DNA of 64,000 bases, from assembly GCA_951406725.2 (NCBI GenBank), contig OX597835.1, positions 24,366,001-24,430,000 on the forward strand. Direction: 5' to 3'. The translations under genes and the position numbers were made by a program. The stretch is from Octopus vulgaris. Lineage: Eukaryota. Positions 12,263 through 25,058 of the stretch are shown here, piece after piece. The notes beneath the pieces were generated by a model, which had not been told where the DNA came from, made no database searches, and worked only from the letters and a program-made list of their open reading frames with translations. The number at the start of each line of letters is the position of its first letter. Position 1 is the first letter of the stretch.

Positions 12263-14227
12263 ATTGAATATGAAATGCAATTTATTTGGGAAAAGAATTA
12301 CATTTATGCACCACCACCACCACCACCACCACAACCACCACCACACCACCTCAACCAGAAGAAGCAGCAGTAGTAGCAGCAGCACCACCACCACCATTGT
12401 TACCAACACCACTGCCACTATCAAAAACACCACACTATTAACATACCACCACCACTCTCAGCACTACCACCAGCACCAACAATAACATTAACAACACCAT
12501 CAGCACCACCACCACTGCGACTGCTGCTGCCACCACCACCATCACTGTGACTGCTGCTGCCACCACCACCACCAACTGCTGCAATCATATTCAACCATTG
12601 CTAAGCAAATAATTCCCTGCAGTCAAGAACTGTGAATTCCTCTGATTTATCCATTAAACGGACCAAATGATATTCTCCTAAAGACAGAAGAAGAAAAACA
12701 ACAACGATGATGATGATGATGGCGTCACAGAATCTGTTGTTGTCTGAGATGACCTTTCAATGCTCGGCTCTTCCATTAGTGCTTGCCGTAATCAAAGTCA
12801 TAGATGCACCATGCTGCATCACAGATGCAGCAGAAAAGGTCAGTCTTTGTCCAGCACCAAGAAAATTGCACTGATTCATTATTCTCACTCTCTCTCTCTC
12901 TCTCCAGCTCTCTTCCTTCCTCTCTCTTTGTTCCTCTGTTTTTCTTCCTCTCTTTCTGCTTCTTTCTTTCTCTCTCTGTATCTCTGTTTTTCTTCCTCTC
13001 TCTCTCTCTCTCTCTCTATCTACAGCTCTTTTCTTTCTCTCTTTCTCTCTCTCTGCATCTCTGTTTTTCTTCCTCTCTCTCCCTCCATCTCCCTTCCTCC
13101 CTTCTTCTCTCTGAGAGGGTAAAATCTTTTTAAAGGATGCTCTCCAAGAGTCTCCAAGAGTGCAATCTGTTAATCTAATGGTAAAACAAAAAAGGTAAGA
13201 AAGCTTAGGTGGTGGTGGTGGTGGTGGCGGTGGTGGTGGTGGCGGTGGTGGTGGTGGTGGTGGTGGTGGTGGCGGTGGTGGTGGTGGTAGCGGAAGTGGT
13301 CATGGAGGGTTAGTATAGAGATGGAAGGTTAGAGGTATGGCAGAGAGAGAGAGAGAGACGAACTGATGGTGTGATGGGAGATGGTGTGTTGTTGGGGGTG
13401 GGGTCTACAGAAAAGGTATGCAGATGGGGTCAGGAGGGGGAGGCAGTCTGTGTTTTTATAGGCATGCGTATGTGTATAGTTACAGGATTGTGTGTGTGTG
13501 TGTGTGTGTACGTGTGTAAGTCTGAGGAGTAACCTCTTGCCCCCACCACCCCACCACTACACACCCATCCATCCATCCATAAACGCCACTTGAAATCAAC
13601 AAGGAATTGTTGGCCTTTTGAAAAACAAAGCCATTTGTTAAAACAACAACTACTGCTACCCCCATCACCACCACTGCCATCACCACCACCATCACCACCA
13701 CCACCACCATCATGACCATGAGCAGAAAGATTACTGATACTAGCAGCCTTCACAATAGCTAAACCACATTCAAATCACAATTCTACTTGCCTTACGAAAG
13801 AAAGGACTATATTGGATAATGTGGTCTTGTGTTACCCTGGGTTGGTCATGACTGGAACACCTTTGGTCTTAACTCAATCAGAACTGACCATATGACTAAA
13901 CCCCCACCAAGTCCTCAACTAGTAACCAACAACCCCTCCTCTGAAATTTCAGGCATTGCGCCTATATTAGAAAGGATGATTAATATTATTATTAAGGCGG
14001 CGAACTGGCAGAATTGTTAGCACACCAAACAAAATGCTTAGCGGTATATCTTCTGCCGCTACATTCTGAGTTCAAATTCCACCAAGGTCAGCTTTGCCTG
14101 TCATCTCTTCGGGGTCGATAAATTAAGTACTAGTTACATACTGGGGTCAATCTGATCAACTTAATACCTATGTCTGTCCTTGTTTTCCCCTCTATGTTTA
14201 GCCCCTTGTGCTTATAATAGAAGAAAT

Positions 14228-14592
<365 letters not shown>

Positions 14593-15009
14593 TGTTGTTG
14601 TTCAAATTCCATTGAGGTCAAATGTGTCTTTCATCCTTTCAGAAGCAATAAATCAAGTACCAGTTGAGTACTGGGGGGGGGATTGTTGTAATCGACTAGT
14701 TCCCTCCCCTAAAAATTCAGGCTTCGTGCCTTTAGTAGAAAAGACCGTCATTATTATCATCATCATCATCATCATTATCATCATCATTAAGGCAGTGAAC
14801 TGGTAGAATGGTTAGCACATCAGACAAAATATTTAGCATTCCAGCCATCTGGAATGTTCTGAGTTCAAATCCCGCTGAAGTCGACTTAGCTTTCATCTTT
14901 ATGAGGGTCAATGAAATAATTACCAGTTGAGCACTGGGGTTGACATAATTGACTTACTCCACCCCTAAAACTTCAGACTTTGTGCCTATAGAAAGGATCA
15001 TCACCATCA

Positions 15010-15041
<32 letters not shown>

Positions 15042-15478
15042 GTTGTTGTTGTTAGCATTCTGCTAGTGGCATTTTTTCCGTCTTTACATTCTAAGTTCAA
15101 ACTCCACCAAGGCCAACTTAGCCTTTCATCCTTTCGTGGGGGTGGGTGGGGGGCAATAAAATAAGTACCAGTTGGATACTGGGGTCAATGTAGTCGACTT
15201 AATTCTGTTCTGTTTTCTGCAGGTGCTCCACCCATATTGCAACCCCTATTTGTTCCATGTACTTCTCGAGATTTTTGCTCACTGTTCCCAGGGCTGCAAA
15301 GTGACTACAATTGCATAACCTCCCAAGCTAACCTGTCATATCTATCGACTTTTCTTTCTTCCTTATTTTTTATATTATAATAATAATTATAATAATAATA
15401 ATAATAATAATCTGTTAGATTCACTTCAACATTTAAATTTAATTTGTCAAAATATTTTCGTCACTTTGAGCATGGAAT

Positions 15479-15529
15479 TTTGTCAGTGAACAGGTCACGG
15501 TCACAAAGCGATGAAAATATTTTGACAAA
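15479..15529 (+). ncRNA. Hammerhead-like motif, G3-C8 core variant, in a fold-back element
   Basis: tttgtca-GTGAACA-ggtcac...gcgat-GAA-aatatt-T-tgacaaa. Helix I is 7 bp and helix III is the palindrome aatatt. Confidence 0.6.
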
Positions 15530-16667
15530 TTAAATTTAAATGTTGAAGTGAATCTAACGGATTTTGTGTGTTTCCTATATGGTTTATAAACACCTTCCAC
15601 GCTGCAATTGTTTCCGTTCCAGCACACGACCTCAGATCAGGTCACTTGCTATGCAAGTATATTTCCAAAATATAATAATAATAATTATTATTATTATTAT
15701 TATTATCATTTGGCCTTGTGATATCCTCCTCATCTGATGCCCATGTAACAAATAAAAGAAAGCATTATTATTATTGTTATTTTTAGTAAAATTATAATTT
15801 TTATTATCATTATTGGGCAGTGTGTAATGTTTGTTAGCAGCAGCAGTAGCAGTTGTATTCATCAATCACTCATCTTCACTCACACTCAATGTTGCATGGT
15901 TGAGTAACCAGAGAAAGACAAAGAGATGTAGGAACAAGGAAGGTGAGGGGTAGGGGGTCTGGAATAAAAGGGGGAAAAAGAGAAGGAAAGATGGAAGGAC
16001 TCCCCCTTCCTCTCTGTCACTCTTCAGGCAAGAACACAAAAAGATGTAGTAAAGGGCAGAGGGGGTGATATAAAGGAACAAATACAAGAGCAGGAGGGGG
16101 AGAAAGAGGGGGCAGTGAGTAGGGGCCAAATGTCTGACTGCTATTACTTACTGCTCTGTTGGAACCCCTTTCAAAGAGATGAAAGGTGTGGGTGGATGGG
16201 TTGGGGGCTGGGTGCCGTGGGGGGTAGAGACCCTCCTGTGCCTAAGAATTAACAACCTTTGATACATTAAACCCACCATTAAAACAGAATAACAACTTAC
16301 TGCTCCCTCTTTGCCTCTCTCTCACACACACACACACACACATCATAAAACACATACACTCACTAGACTGAACATAAACAAAATTGCACACACACACACA
16401 TACACATGCAAACAACTGTTTATACATACATGCACATAAACATACATTTAAGCACACTTGCATGTATGCACACAATCATAAAAACAACTATACATACAAA
16501 CACACCACATCGCACCACATACATATATATACAACTGCATGCACATATACATAATCACACACACACATATATATATACATACATACATTTACACACCACA
16601 TATCTACATAACATACATACACATACACTACATGCACATACATATATATATACACATACACTACATG

Positions 16668-16699
<32 letters not shown>

Positions 16700-17614
16700 G
16701 CGATTTTGACATCTATATCTAGCATATTGACTGTCCACTTTTAGTGGTCAGTCCTTTAAATTTTGTATATATATATATATATATATACATATATATATAC
16801 ACATACACATACACACTACACTGCATACTTAAACACACATACATCCACACACATACACATACATGCATACACACACACACACACATACCTGCAAAGTTCA
16901 ACAGGTAATGGACACACCATCCTCTTTCCCTACATCAACGTGTGTGTGTGTGTGCATATGTATGTGAGTGTCAGAGCAAACTCATGCGTTTCTGTATGGG
17001 TGTGTGTGTATGTGTTTGCAATATGAATATGTATCTAAGTCTGGGAGCTGGCAGAGTCGTTAGCACGCTGGGCAAAATGCTTTGCGGCATTTCGTCTGTC
17101 ATTATGTTCTAGGTTCAAATTCCGCCAAGGTCAACTTTGCCTTCCATCTTTTCAGGGTCAATAAAAACAGTTACCAGTTGTGTACTGGGGTTGATGTAAT
17201 TGACTTGGCCACTCCCCCTCAGATTGCTGGCTTTGTGCCAAAATTTGAAATCATCATTATTATTATTATTATTATTATTCTATTAATATAATAATTTTGC
17301 ACGGTGGACAGAATGTTTAGCTGCATTTCGCCCATCTTTACGATCTGAGTTCAAATTCCACCGAGGTCAACTTTACCTTTCATCAATTTGGGGACAATCA
17401 AATAAGCACCAGCTGCACACTGGGGTTTACGTAATCAATTTAACCCCCCACCCCCACCAACAAACATAATTCCTGTTGCTTTGTTTGTTGTTTGCAGGGG
17501 GGGAGGGGCATATAGAATCAAGGCTGTGCCCCAGCACGGTCGCAGTCTAATGATTGAAACGAGTAAAGGATAACAGCTCAGGGTGCATGTGTATGAAGGA
17601 AATGTTGTACTTAC

Positions 17615-17710
17615 CCACTGAGGAAACTGAATCCATGAACACAGACAAGGATGTAACCGAAACTGTCCACTTTCAACAGGTTCCCATAGAGTGTATCGAA
17701 CCACAATCCT
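17615..17710 (-). CDS. NT5C2: Next internal coding exon (96 bp) of cytosolic purine 5'-nucleotidase (cN-II)
   Basis: ggtattgcag|AGGATTGTGG...CTCAGTGG|gtaagt. Translates (R)[32 protein letters not shown], versus human [33 protein letters not shown]. Joins the previous exon in frame (AG+A = Arg) across a 2171-bp GT-AG intron. Confidence 0.96.
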
Positions 17711-17874
17711 CTGCAATACCATCAAACAAATGGTTTTAGTGAAACATCAGAAATATATTATAAGCATAAAACACACACAGAGGGCCAGATTAAGAGCCAT
17801 GGAGGCCCTAAACACTTAAAAAGAAATTTTGGTGTCCCCATACATATGTAATTTAAAATATAAACAATAAACAA

Positions 17875-18150
17875 TGGCCATTGCCAGCCTTGCCAGGCCC
17901 CCGTGCTGGTGGCACGTAAAAAGCACCATCCGACTGTGGCCGTTTATCAGTCCCGTCTGGCACCTGTGCCGGTGACACGTAAAAAGCACCCACTACACTC
18001 ACGGAGTGGTTGGCGTTAGGAAGGGCATCCAGCCGTAGAAACATTGCCAGATCAGACTGGGCCTGGTGCAGCCTTCTGGCTTCCCAGACCCCAGTTGAAC
18101 CGTCCAACCCATGCTAGCATGGAAAGCAGATGCTAAATGATGATGATGAT
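17875..18150 (+). mobile_element. Family C dispersed repeat (probable RTE LINE 3' UTR) with a (GAT)n tail
   Basis: ggtggcacgtaaaaagcacc...ggagtggttggcgttaggaagggcatccagc...ccatgctagcatggaaag. Copies at ~26503, 20755(-), 32050(-), 38144(-), 40480, 43508(-), 47536(-) and 55078(-). Confidence 0.75.
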
Positions 18151-19199
18151 GAACAGGGTAAAGACTTCCTTTGGTCATGAATGACAAAGGGGCTGCAATT
18201 AGAAAGTTCCCTTCTGAGGCACAAGTCCATAAAAGGTTGTTTATGGAACACCAACATACCAGCATGATTTGCAGATTTAGAAATAATAATGTTTCTATTT
18301 ATTTGAGGAAGATTTTAACTGCTATTTCTTGCAAATCAAGAGACTGTTTAAAGCAGGAGGTAAAGAACCATTTAAATTCTAGGGTTGAATAGCAAGTGCA
18401 TGAGAACTTGCAGTGCAACTGCACCAGAAAAATTAACAAATCTTTTATTTTACAAATTCATAGGTATGCTTGCAATTTCACTAACTAACATTAATTATAG
18501 AAATAGAGTAATTAACTAAGTAATTACAATACTTTAAAAACTCTGTACGGGATGTTGAAACCAATTTATATTCAAGTAGTTTTTGAGTTTTTATCTGAAG
18601 CTGAAGGATTCAACCTGTTTTTTTTAAATTTTTTAAATTTTTATTTTTCTACCCAGGCAGCCCAGGTTCGATTCCCAGTATGGGGACATTGACTTATAGG
18701 CAGGGGCATGGCTGTGTGGTAAGAAGCTTTAGGTTTAGTCCCACTACGTGGCACATTAAACAAGTGTATACAGCTCTTGTTTTGGGCCGACCAAAGCCGT
18801 GTGAGTGGATTTGGTAGACGGAAACTAAAAGAAGCCCCTTGTATGTGTGTGTCTTTGTATCGGCGTTTGTCCCCACAACTGACAGACAACCGGTGTTGGT
18901 GTGTTTACGTCCCTGTAACTTAGCAGCTCAGCAAAAGAGACCAACAGAATAAGTACCAGGTTTTAAAAAAATAAGTACTGGGGCTGATTCCTTTGACTAA
19001 AAGATTCTTCCAGGTGGTGCCCCAGCATGGCCGCAGTCTAATGGATGATATTAGTAAGAGACAGAAGACAAAAGATATGAATGAGTAAGAAGCTTAACAT
19101 TTGAATGAAGGTAAAATTTTGCCTGCAAATGAGGGGGTCCCTGCCTCTAACAAAGAAGGATCCCCCCCATTGGCTTTTAAAGTGACAATTCTATGTTGA

Positions 19200-19790
19200 A
19201 TAAGAGAAGTTAGACCAATATTTAAGGACCAGCATTCAACCTCAGTCCCTCTAGTTTTACACTGAAGAGTGACAGTTACCTACTTGTGCCCCTGGATAAG
19301 ATAACAGTCTATCTTATGTCTAAAGAGTGAAGTTAGTCCTTTCATACAAGACTACTATTCTAACCCAACTTCCTGTTATTTTTCCACTGAAGCGAGACAA
19401 ATATCTCCTCTTGCCCCTGGATAAGATAACAGTCTGTCATACATGTTTAAGGAGTGAAGTTAATCCTTTCCTACAAGACTAGTACTTTAGTCTAACTTCT
19501 TGTTTTTCTGTTGAAGTGAGACATATCTCCTCTTGCCCCTGGAAAAACAACAGTCTCTCATACATATCTAAGTAGTACAGTTAATCCTTTCCTATAAGAT
19601 CAGCATTTAGCTCTACTTTCTGTTATTTTTCCAGTGAAGCAAAACAAATATCTCTTCTGCCACTGGATAAGACAAATAGTTAAGGAGCAAAGTTAATCCT
19701 TTCCTATAAGACTAATATTTTAGCCTAACTTCCTGTCATTTTTTTCTGTTGAAGTGAGACAAATATCTCCTGGATAAGACAACAGCCTAT
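19200..19790. repeat. Tandem repeat, about 5 diverged units of ~123 bp
   Basis: Anchor ctgga(t/a)aa at 19292, 19417, 19539, 19663 and 19770. Confidence 0.85.
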
Positions 19791-19881
19791 GAACACATGG
19801 AAGAAGTGAAAATAGAAACCAAACCAAAACATTACAGATATATATAAAGAAAAACACTGAGGGAGTGTATTGAGAACTTAC

Positions 19882-19999
19882 CTTATTGGGAAGGTGTGGT
19901 CGTACTCAAAGTCCTCAATAGCATTAGGGTAACCCATGAGAATCATTTTCTTTTTGATGAGGTCAAAACCAAGGGCCTCGAAATTGGGGGATTTGTAAA
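19882..19999 (-). CDS. NT5C2: Internal coding exon (118 bp) of cytosolic purine 5'-nucleotidase (cN-II)
   Basis: Flanked by ttttctt...tatcacag| and |gtaagt. Translates (V)YKSPNFEALGFDLIKKKMILMGYPNAIEDFEYDHTFPIR, which aligns without gaps to human cN-II [40 protein letters not shown] (recalled sequence). Phase 1 start, phase 2 end. Confidence 0.95.
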
Positions 20000-20482
20000 C
20001 TGTGATAAAGAGAAGAAAAAAAGAGAAAGGTTTAGTCATTTTATTTTATTTTGTTAATGTATTTTTGACTGCCTTGTTTCATATATCTTTTAAAGTTGTC
20101 TTTTATTTGTTTCAGACATTAGACTGTGGCCATGATGGGGCACTGCCTTGAAGAACTTATCAAATGAATCAACCCCAGTACTTGTTTTTTTTTTCAAGCC
20201 TGGTACTTTTTCTATTGGTATCTTTTGTCAAACCACTAAGTTATGGCAATGCAAACACACCAACATCAGTTGTCAAGCAATGGTGGGGAACAAAGACACA
20301 CACACACACAAATATATACATACAACAGCCTTCTTTTAGTTTCCATCTATCCAATCCACTCATGAGGGTTTGGCTGGCCTGAGGATATAGTGGAATACAA
20401 TTGCCCAAGGTGCCACACAGTGGGACCGAACCCACGACCATGTGGTTGGGAAGCAAGCTTCTTACCACACAGCCCCATCTGC

Positions 20483-20709
20483 AAGGCGGCGAGCTGGCAG
20501 AATCGTTAGCACGCCAGGCGAAATGCATAGCCGTATTTCGTCTGCCGTTACGTTCTGAGTTCAAATTCCGCCGAGGTCGACTTTGCCTTTCATCCTCTCG
20601 GGGTCGATAAATAACGTACCAGTTTTGCACTGGGTCGATGTAATCGACTTAATCCTTTTGTCTGCCCTTGTTTGTCCCCTCTATGTTTAGCCCCTTGAGG
20701 GCAGTAAAG

Positions 20710-20712
<3 letters not shown>
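20483..20712 (+). mobile_element. tRNA-derived SINE family A
   Basis: aggcggcgagctggcagaatcgttagc...gagttcaaattcc...cctttcatcct.tcggggtcgataaa...gtacc...taaagaaat. More than 20 copies or fragments, e.g. 9960, 13993, 32941(-), 37650-38120(-), 51850-52300(-), 54548 and 63425. Confidence 0.85.
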
Positions 20713-20755
<43 letters not shown>

Positions 20756-20900
20756 TCATCATTCAGCATCTGCTTTCTATGCTGGCATGGGTTAGATGGT
20801 TCCACTGGAATTGGTAAGCTGGAGAATTGCACCAAGTTCCAGTCTGGTTTGGCATAATTTCCACAGCTGGATTCCCTTTCTAAAGCCAACCACTGCATTG

Positions 20901-20947
<47 letters not shown>

Positions 20948-20980
20948 TTTATTTAAAAGCAGCAGAAAATTCAACAAAAC

Positions 20981-21069
20981 CTGTTACTCTGAGTTTCACG
21001 TTCCTGTTCGTCAGACAGTTTCTAGCAAAAACTGTCCGACGAACGGGAACGTGAAACTCAGAGTAACAG
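20981..21069. ncRNA. Pair of divergently oriented hammerhead motifs (20981-21018 minus, 21032-21069 plus)
   Basis: ctgt-C(T/C)GACGA-ac(a/g)ggaacgt-GAAAC-tcaga-GTA-acag on each arm of an inverted repeat of about 75 bp. Confidence 0.7.
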
Positions 21070-21171
21070 GTTTTGTTGAATTTTCTGCTGCTTTTAAATA
21101 AAGCATATTACTCTACCACTGGTATTTGAGTACTCTTTTTCCACCTTGTTTCACATTTATGTGTTTACTCC

Positions 21172-21213
<42 letters not shown>

Positions 21214-21451
21214 CATACATACATACATATATATGTATATTATACATATAATGGGCTTCCATACAGTATCTGTATAGCAAATTCACTCACAAGGTATTGA
21301 TTGGCCCAGGGTTATAGCAGAAGACACTGGCCCCCTCCTGCCCCCCACCTGGTGTTGTAGTGGGATTGAACATGAAGCTACATAGTTGCAAAGCAAGCTT
21401 TTTAACTACACAACTGCATTATGCGTGTGTATTTGTAGGTATACTGTATAA

Positions 21452-21487
<36 letters not shown>

Positions 21488-23039
21488 CTATGCTGTGTGT
21501 GTGTGTGTGCAGCTATGCTGTGTGTGTGTGTGTGTAGGAATGTTCTATGTATTCATGTGTGTGTGTGTGCTTGTAGATACAGATGAGTATGTGTATTAGT
21601 TTATGTAGGTATGCAATATGTGTGCACTGCAAGGGTCTGTTTGTCTTTCTCTCTCTCTTTCTGTCTTTCTATTCCTATCACTATCTCTTAGTCACCCCTC
21701 TCTCTCTTTCTCTCTCTCTGTCATTCTGTTCCTATCACCATCTCTTAGTCACCCCCTCTCTCTCTACTCCCTTACCATTGTCTCTGTCTCTCTGCTTCCC
21801 TAACACTTCCCCTCCTATCACCACCACTCCCTCCCTCTCCTGTTAGCCCCCCCTCCCCACTCCTTCAGACACAGATCTGATAATCAACAATACATAAAAA
21901 CAGTAGGCAGAGGAGGAGGAGGAGGAGAAGGAGGTGGAGGGACTGTCCAAGTGATGGTGGTGGTGGTGTATGAGACAATGCAGAAGTGTGTATGTGCCGA
22001 GGAGTGGGGGGGGGGCGAATGTGGGTGGAGGAAAGGAGATATGAGAAGTGGGGGGTGGGGGAGAGGTGTTGGTCTGCCGGTGGTGGTGGTGGTGTTGGTG
22101 ATGGGGAGTTCTGAAGTTAATGACAGGCAGTAATCATCAATGTGACCCTTGGTTGAAGGTGAGATAAAGATGGCAGCAGGTGGAGGTGGGTTGCGGTGGA
22201 TGGAGGAGGAATACAGAGGTGTAGTGCCTATGTACTATTTGGTGGTAGTGGTGGTGGCAGGGGCTGTAGTGATGGGGGTGATGATGATGATGACAGTGTT
22301 GTTGGGGATGTGTTAAAGATGGTGTTGTTATTGTTGATGGTGTGGTGGTGGTGGTGGTCATGGCTGGTTGATGGAGTTTTGTGTTGGTGTTCACGATGGA
22401 GGGTGGGGGGTCGCATGAAGGTGGTGTTAATATTCTGGCAAAATCGTTAGCACAGTCTTTACATTATGAGTTCAAATTACACCGGGGACGACTTTGCTTT
22501 TCATCCTGTTGGAGTTGATAAAATAAGTACGGGTGGGGGGGGTGTCGATGTAATCGATTTAACCCCCCCCCGCCCTGCTGGCCTTGTGCCAAAATTTAAA
22601 ATCATCATCATTATTATTATTATTAAGGTGGTGAGCTGGCAGAATTGTTACGTTCTGAGTTCAAATTCTGCCGAGATTGACTTTGCCTTTCACTGGTACT
22701 TAATTTATCGACCTCGAAAGGATGAAAGGCCTTGTGATGGTAGTGGTGTTGGTGGTGACAATGATAGCATATTGGTATTGTTGTTGTTGTTGTTGTTGTT
22801 GATGGTGGTGTTAAGAGAATTGAGAGCAAAGTGATGTGGTTAATGGTTATGATGGTAGTGGCACTGGTATCTTGGTATTTCTGGTCTCATCTCATCTTCT
22901 TCGCCCACCTATACTCAAGAGGATTGTGTGGGGGGTGGGGGAAAAGTGTCTTCAAGCATGCCATCCATCAGGCCCTATGAGAAGTACCCATCTCCAAACT
23001 GATCCATCTGAATCACCAAGTGAGACTAGCTGAGTTCAT

Positions 23040-23560
23040 GGATGGTATCCAACCATCTTGCTTGTGGTCTAGCCTTAGTTGTTTTTGCTCATAAAACCTG
23101 TCCAGTGATTCCTCAAAAAGGTCTCAGGAGTGACACTGCTCAAAGTGTGTAGTTTGGAGACCAGAGAGGCACTCCAGATGAAGCTGCTGTTTCTCTGAAT
23201 TGAGAGGTCATATACCACAGACATGTAGCAAGAATGTCCTAAGAAATAAATGTGACCAGATCTCAAACAACAACATCTGAGAACAATACCAAGCAGCAGC
23301 AGCAGCTGACCACTGAAGACCAAGTCTAGCAGCACAGGCTACAATGGTTTGGCCACATCTACAAGATGAGCAACGGAAGACTACAACACCAACATCTGTG
23401 GTGGCAGTGACCCTTGCACTGGAGAATCCAGTGCAGTGCACCACAGAAGACATGGGAAAAACAACCTGAAGTCACAGTGCTTTGACCTCAAGCAGGCTAA
23501 GGTCAGCGTTTTGGAGTGGAAAGTGTGGAATAACCTCATCCAGCAACACCCACAGTGACG
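23040..23560 (+). mobile_element. Degenerate RTE-like LINE ORF fragment
   Basis: LQWFGHIYKMSNGRLQHQHLWWQ...QKTWEK resembles the LRWFGHxxRM...RPRKTW motif. Many stops. Confidence 0.6.
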
Positions 23561-24848
23561 TACTGGTTGAGAGGACAGCCTCCCGCTACAGTTGCCATCA
23601 GAGAATTTTACTTAATTACTTAAATAATAGCCAGAACACCATTAATACCAGCAATTGAGTGTTTAGCCCTAGGCCAGACCAAAGGTTGAGCAGCTCTATG
23701 GACAAAGACAATCCAGTCAATGACCATACCATCATTTTGTATTTTTACATCAGGAATAATGTATCTTGGGTTACACTACCCAACATGTCCTTCTGCTTTT
23801 CTTTAGGATGATTGTGTGCAATGAGGAACATTTGGCTGCTATTTCATGCAGACTGAATGAGTACACAGATGCTCCCTAGCAGCAGCAGAAGTAGAGGTAT
23901 AAGTAGTAGTTGTAATAGTAGTGGTGGTGGTCGTAGTAGCAGTAGAAGTAATTGTAGTAGTCAAGGTGGTGGTGTTGTGACGGTGGCTGTGGTGGTTATA
24001 GTTGTATTTGTAATGGTAGTGGGTGGTGGGGTTGTGAAGGTAGTGGTGATGGTGGTGCTGCTGCTGTTGGCGTTTGTGGTGGTTATGGTTGTAGTAGTAG
24101 TAGTAGTAGTGATGATACAACAAGTAAAAGTAGTAGTAGTAATAGTAGTAGTAGTAGTATAATTGTGGTGGTGCTAAGTAGAATAGAATAATGTTCTGGA
24201 AAGATCTAATCAGTCCATTTTTCTGCAATCTTGGGTCAGGCAAATCATTTGAAGGGGATGGTGGTGGTGGTGGTGGTGGTGGTGGTGGGCCGATGAAACA
24301 CAGGATTTCATTAGAGCAAAATTATTCACACCTCATTGCTTGCCCTCTTCATCCTTTCCCACCTCCATTCCCCCCCACCCGATCCCTTCCCTGGTCCTCC
24401 CTCCCCCACCCCTATAGTCCCCCCCCCCCCTTCTTTGAATTCCTTCCCAAGTTCCACCTTCATTATTCCCTACTCTAGCTTTCCCTTCTTTGTTCTCCTT
24501 GTTCCCTTACTTTCTCATTGTCCCTTGCCTCTCCTTCCCCTTCCTTGCTCTCTATCTCTCCTTTCCTTTCCTTCCCCTTACTCCCTTCCCTCTTGCTCTC
24601 CTTCTCTCCGTTGCTTTTCTTCCCACCCTTACTCCCTTTCTCTCGTCCCTTATGAGGGAGTTTTTCTTATGTTTTTTGGCCCTCAGAGTCTTTGATTTTG
24701 GTTTGTTTTGTTTCTTGTAAAACCCAGGGGCAATTTTCATGGATGATCTTCCACAAAAAAAAAACACACTTAATTGCACACCCAGATTCATATACGTACA
24801 TATAACAGTGTGAGCATTATACATACATACACACATATATATGTGTGT

Positions 24849-24888
<40 letters not shown>

Positions 24889-24980
24889 ATAATGCTCACA
24901 CACTCACTCGCACAGATAATCATAAATGCATGTGAATTGTAGATAGATTATGTATGTGAGAGTGTGCATGTGTGTGTATG

Positions 24981-25026
<46 letters not shown>

Positions 25027-25027
25027 C

Positions 25028-25058
<31 letters not shown>

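Noticed and set aside
17435-17739. Track ORFs overlapping the 96-bp exon
   Set aside because: Wrong frame or strand. The true frame is defined by splice sites and cN-II similarity.
19200-19790. CRISPR-like periodicity
   Set aside because: Whole units are homologous with no unique spacers, and the context is a eukaryotic intron.
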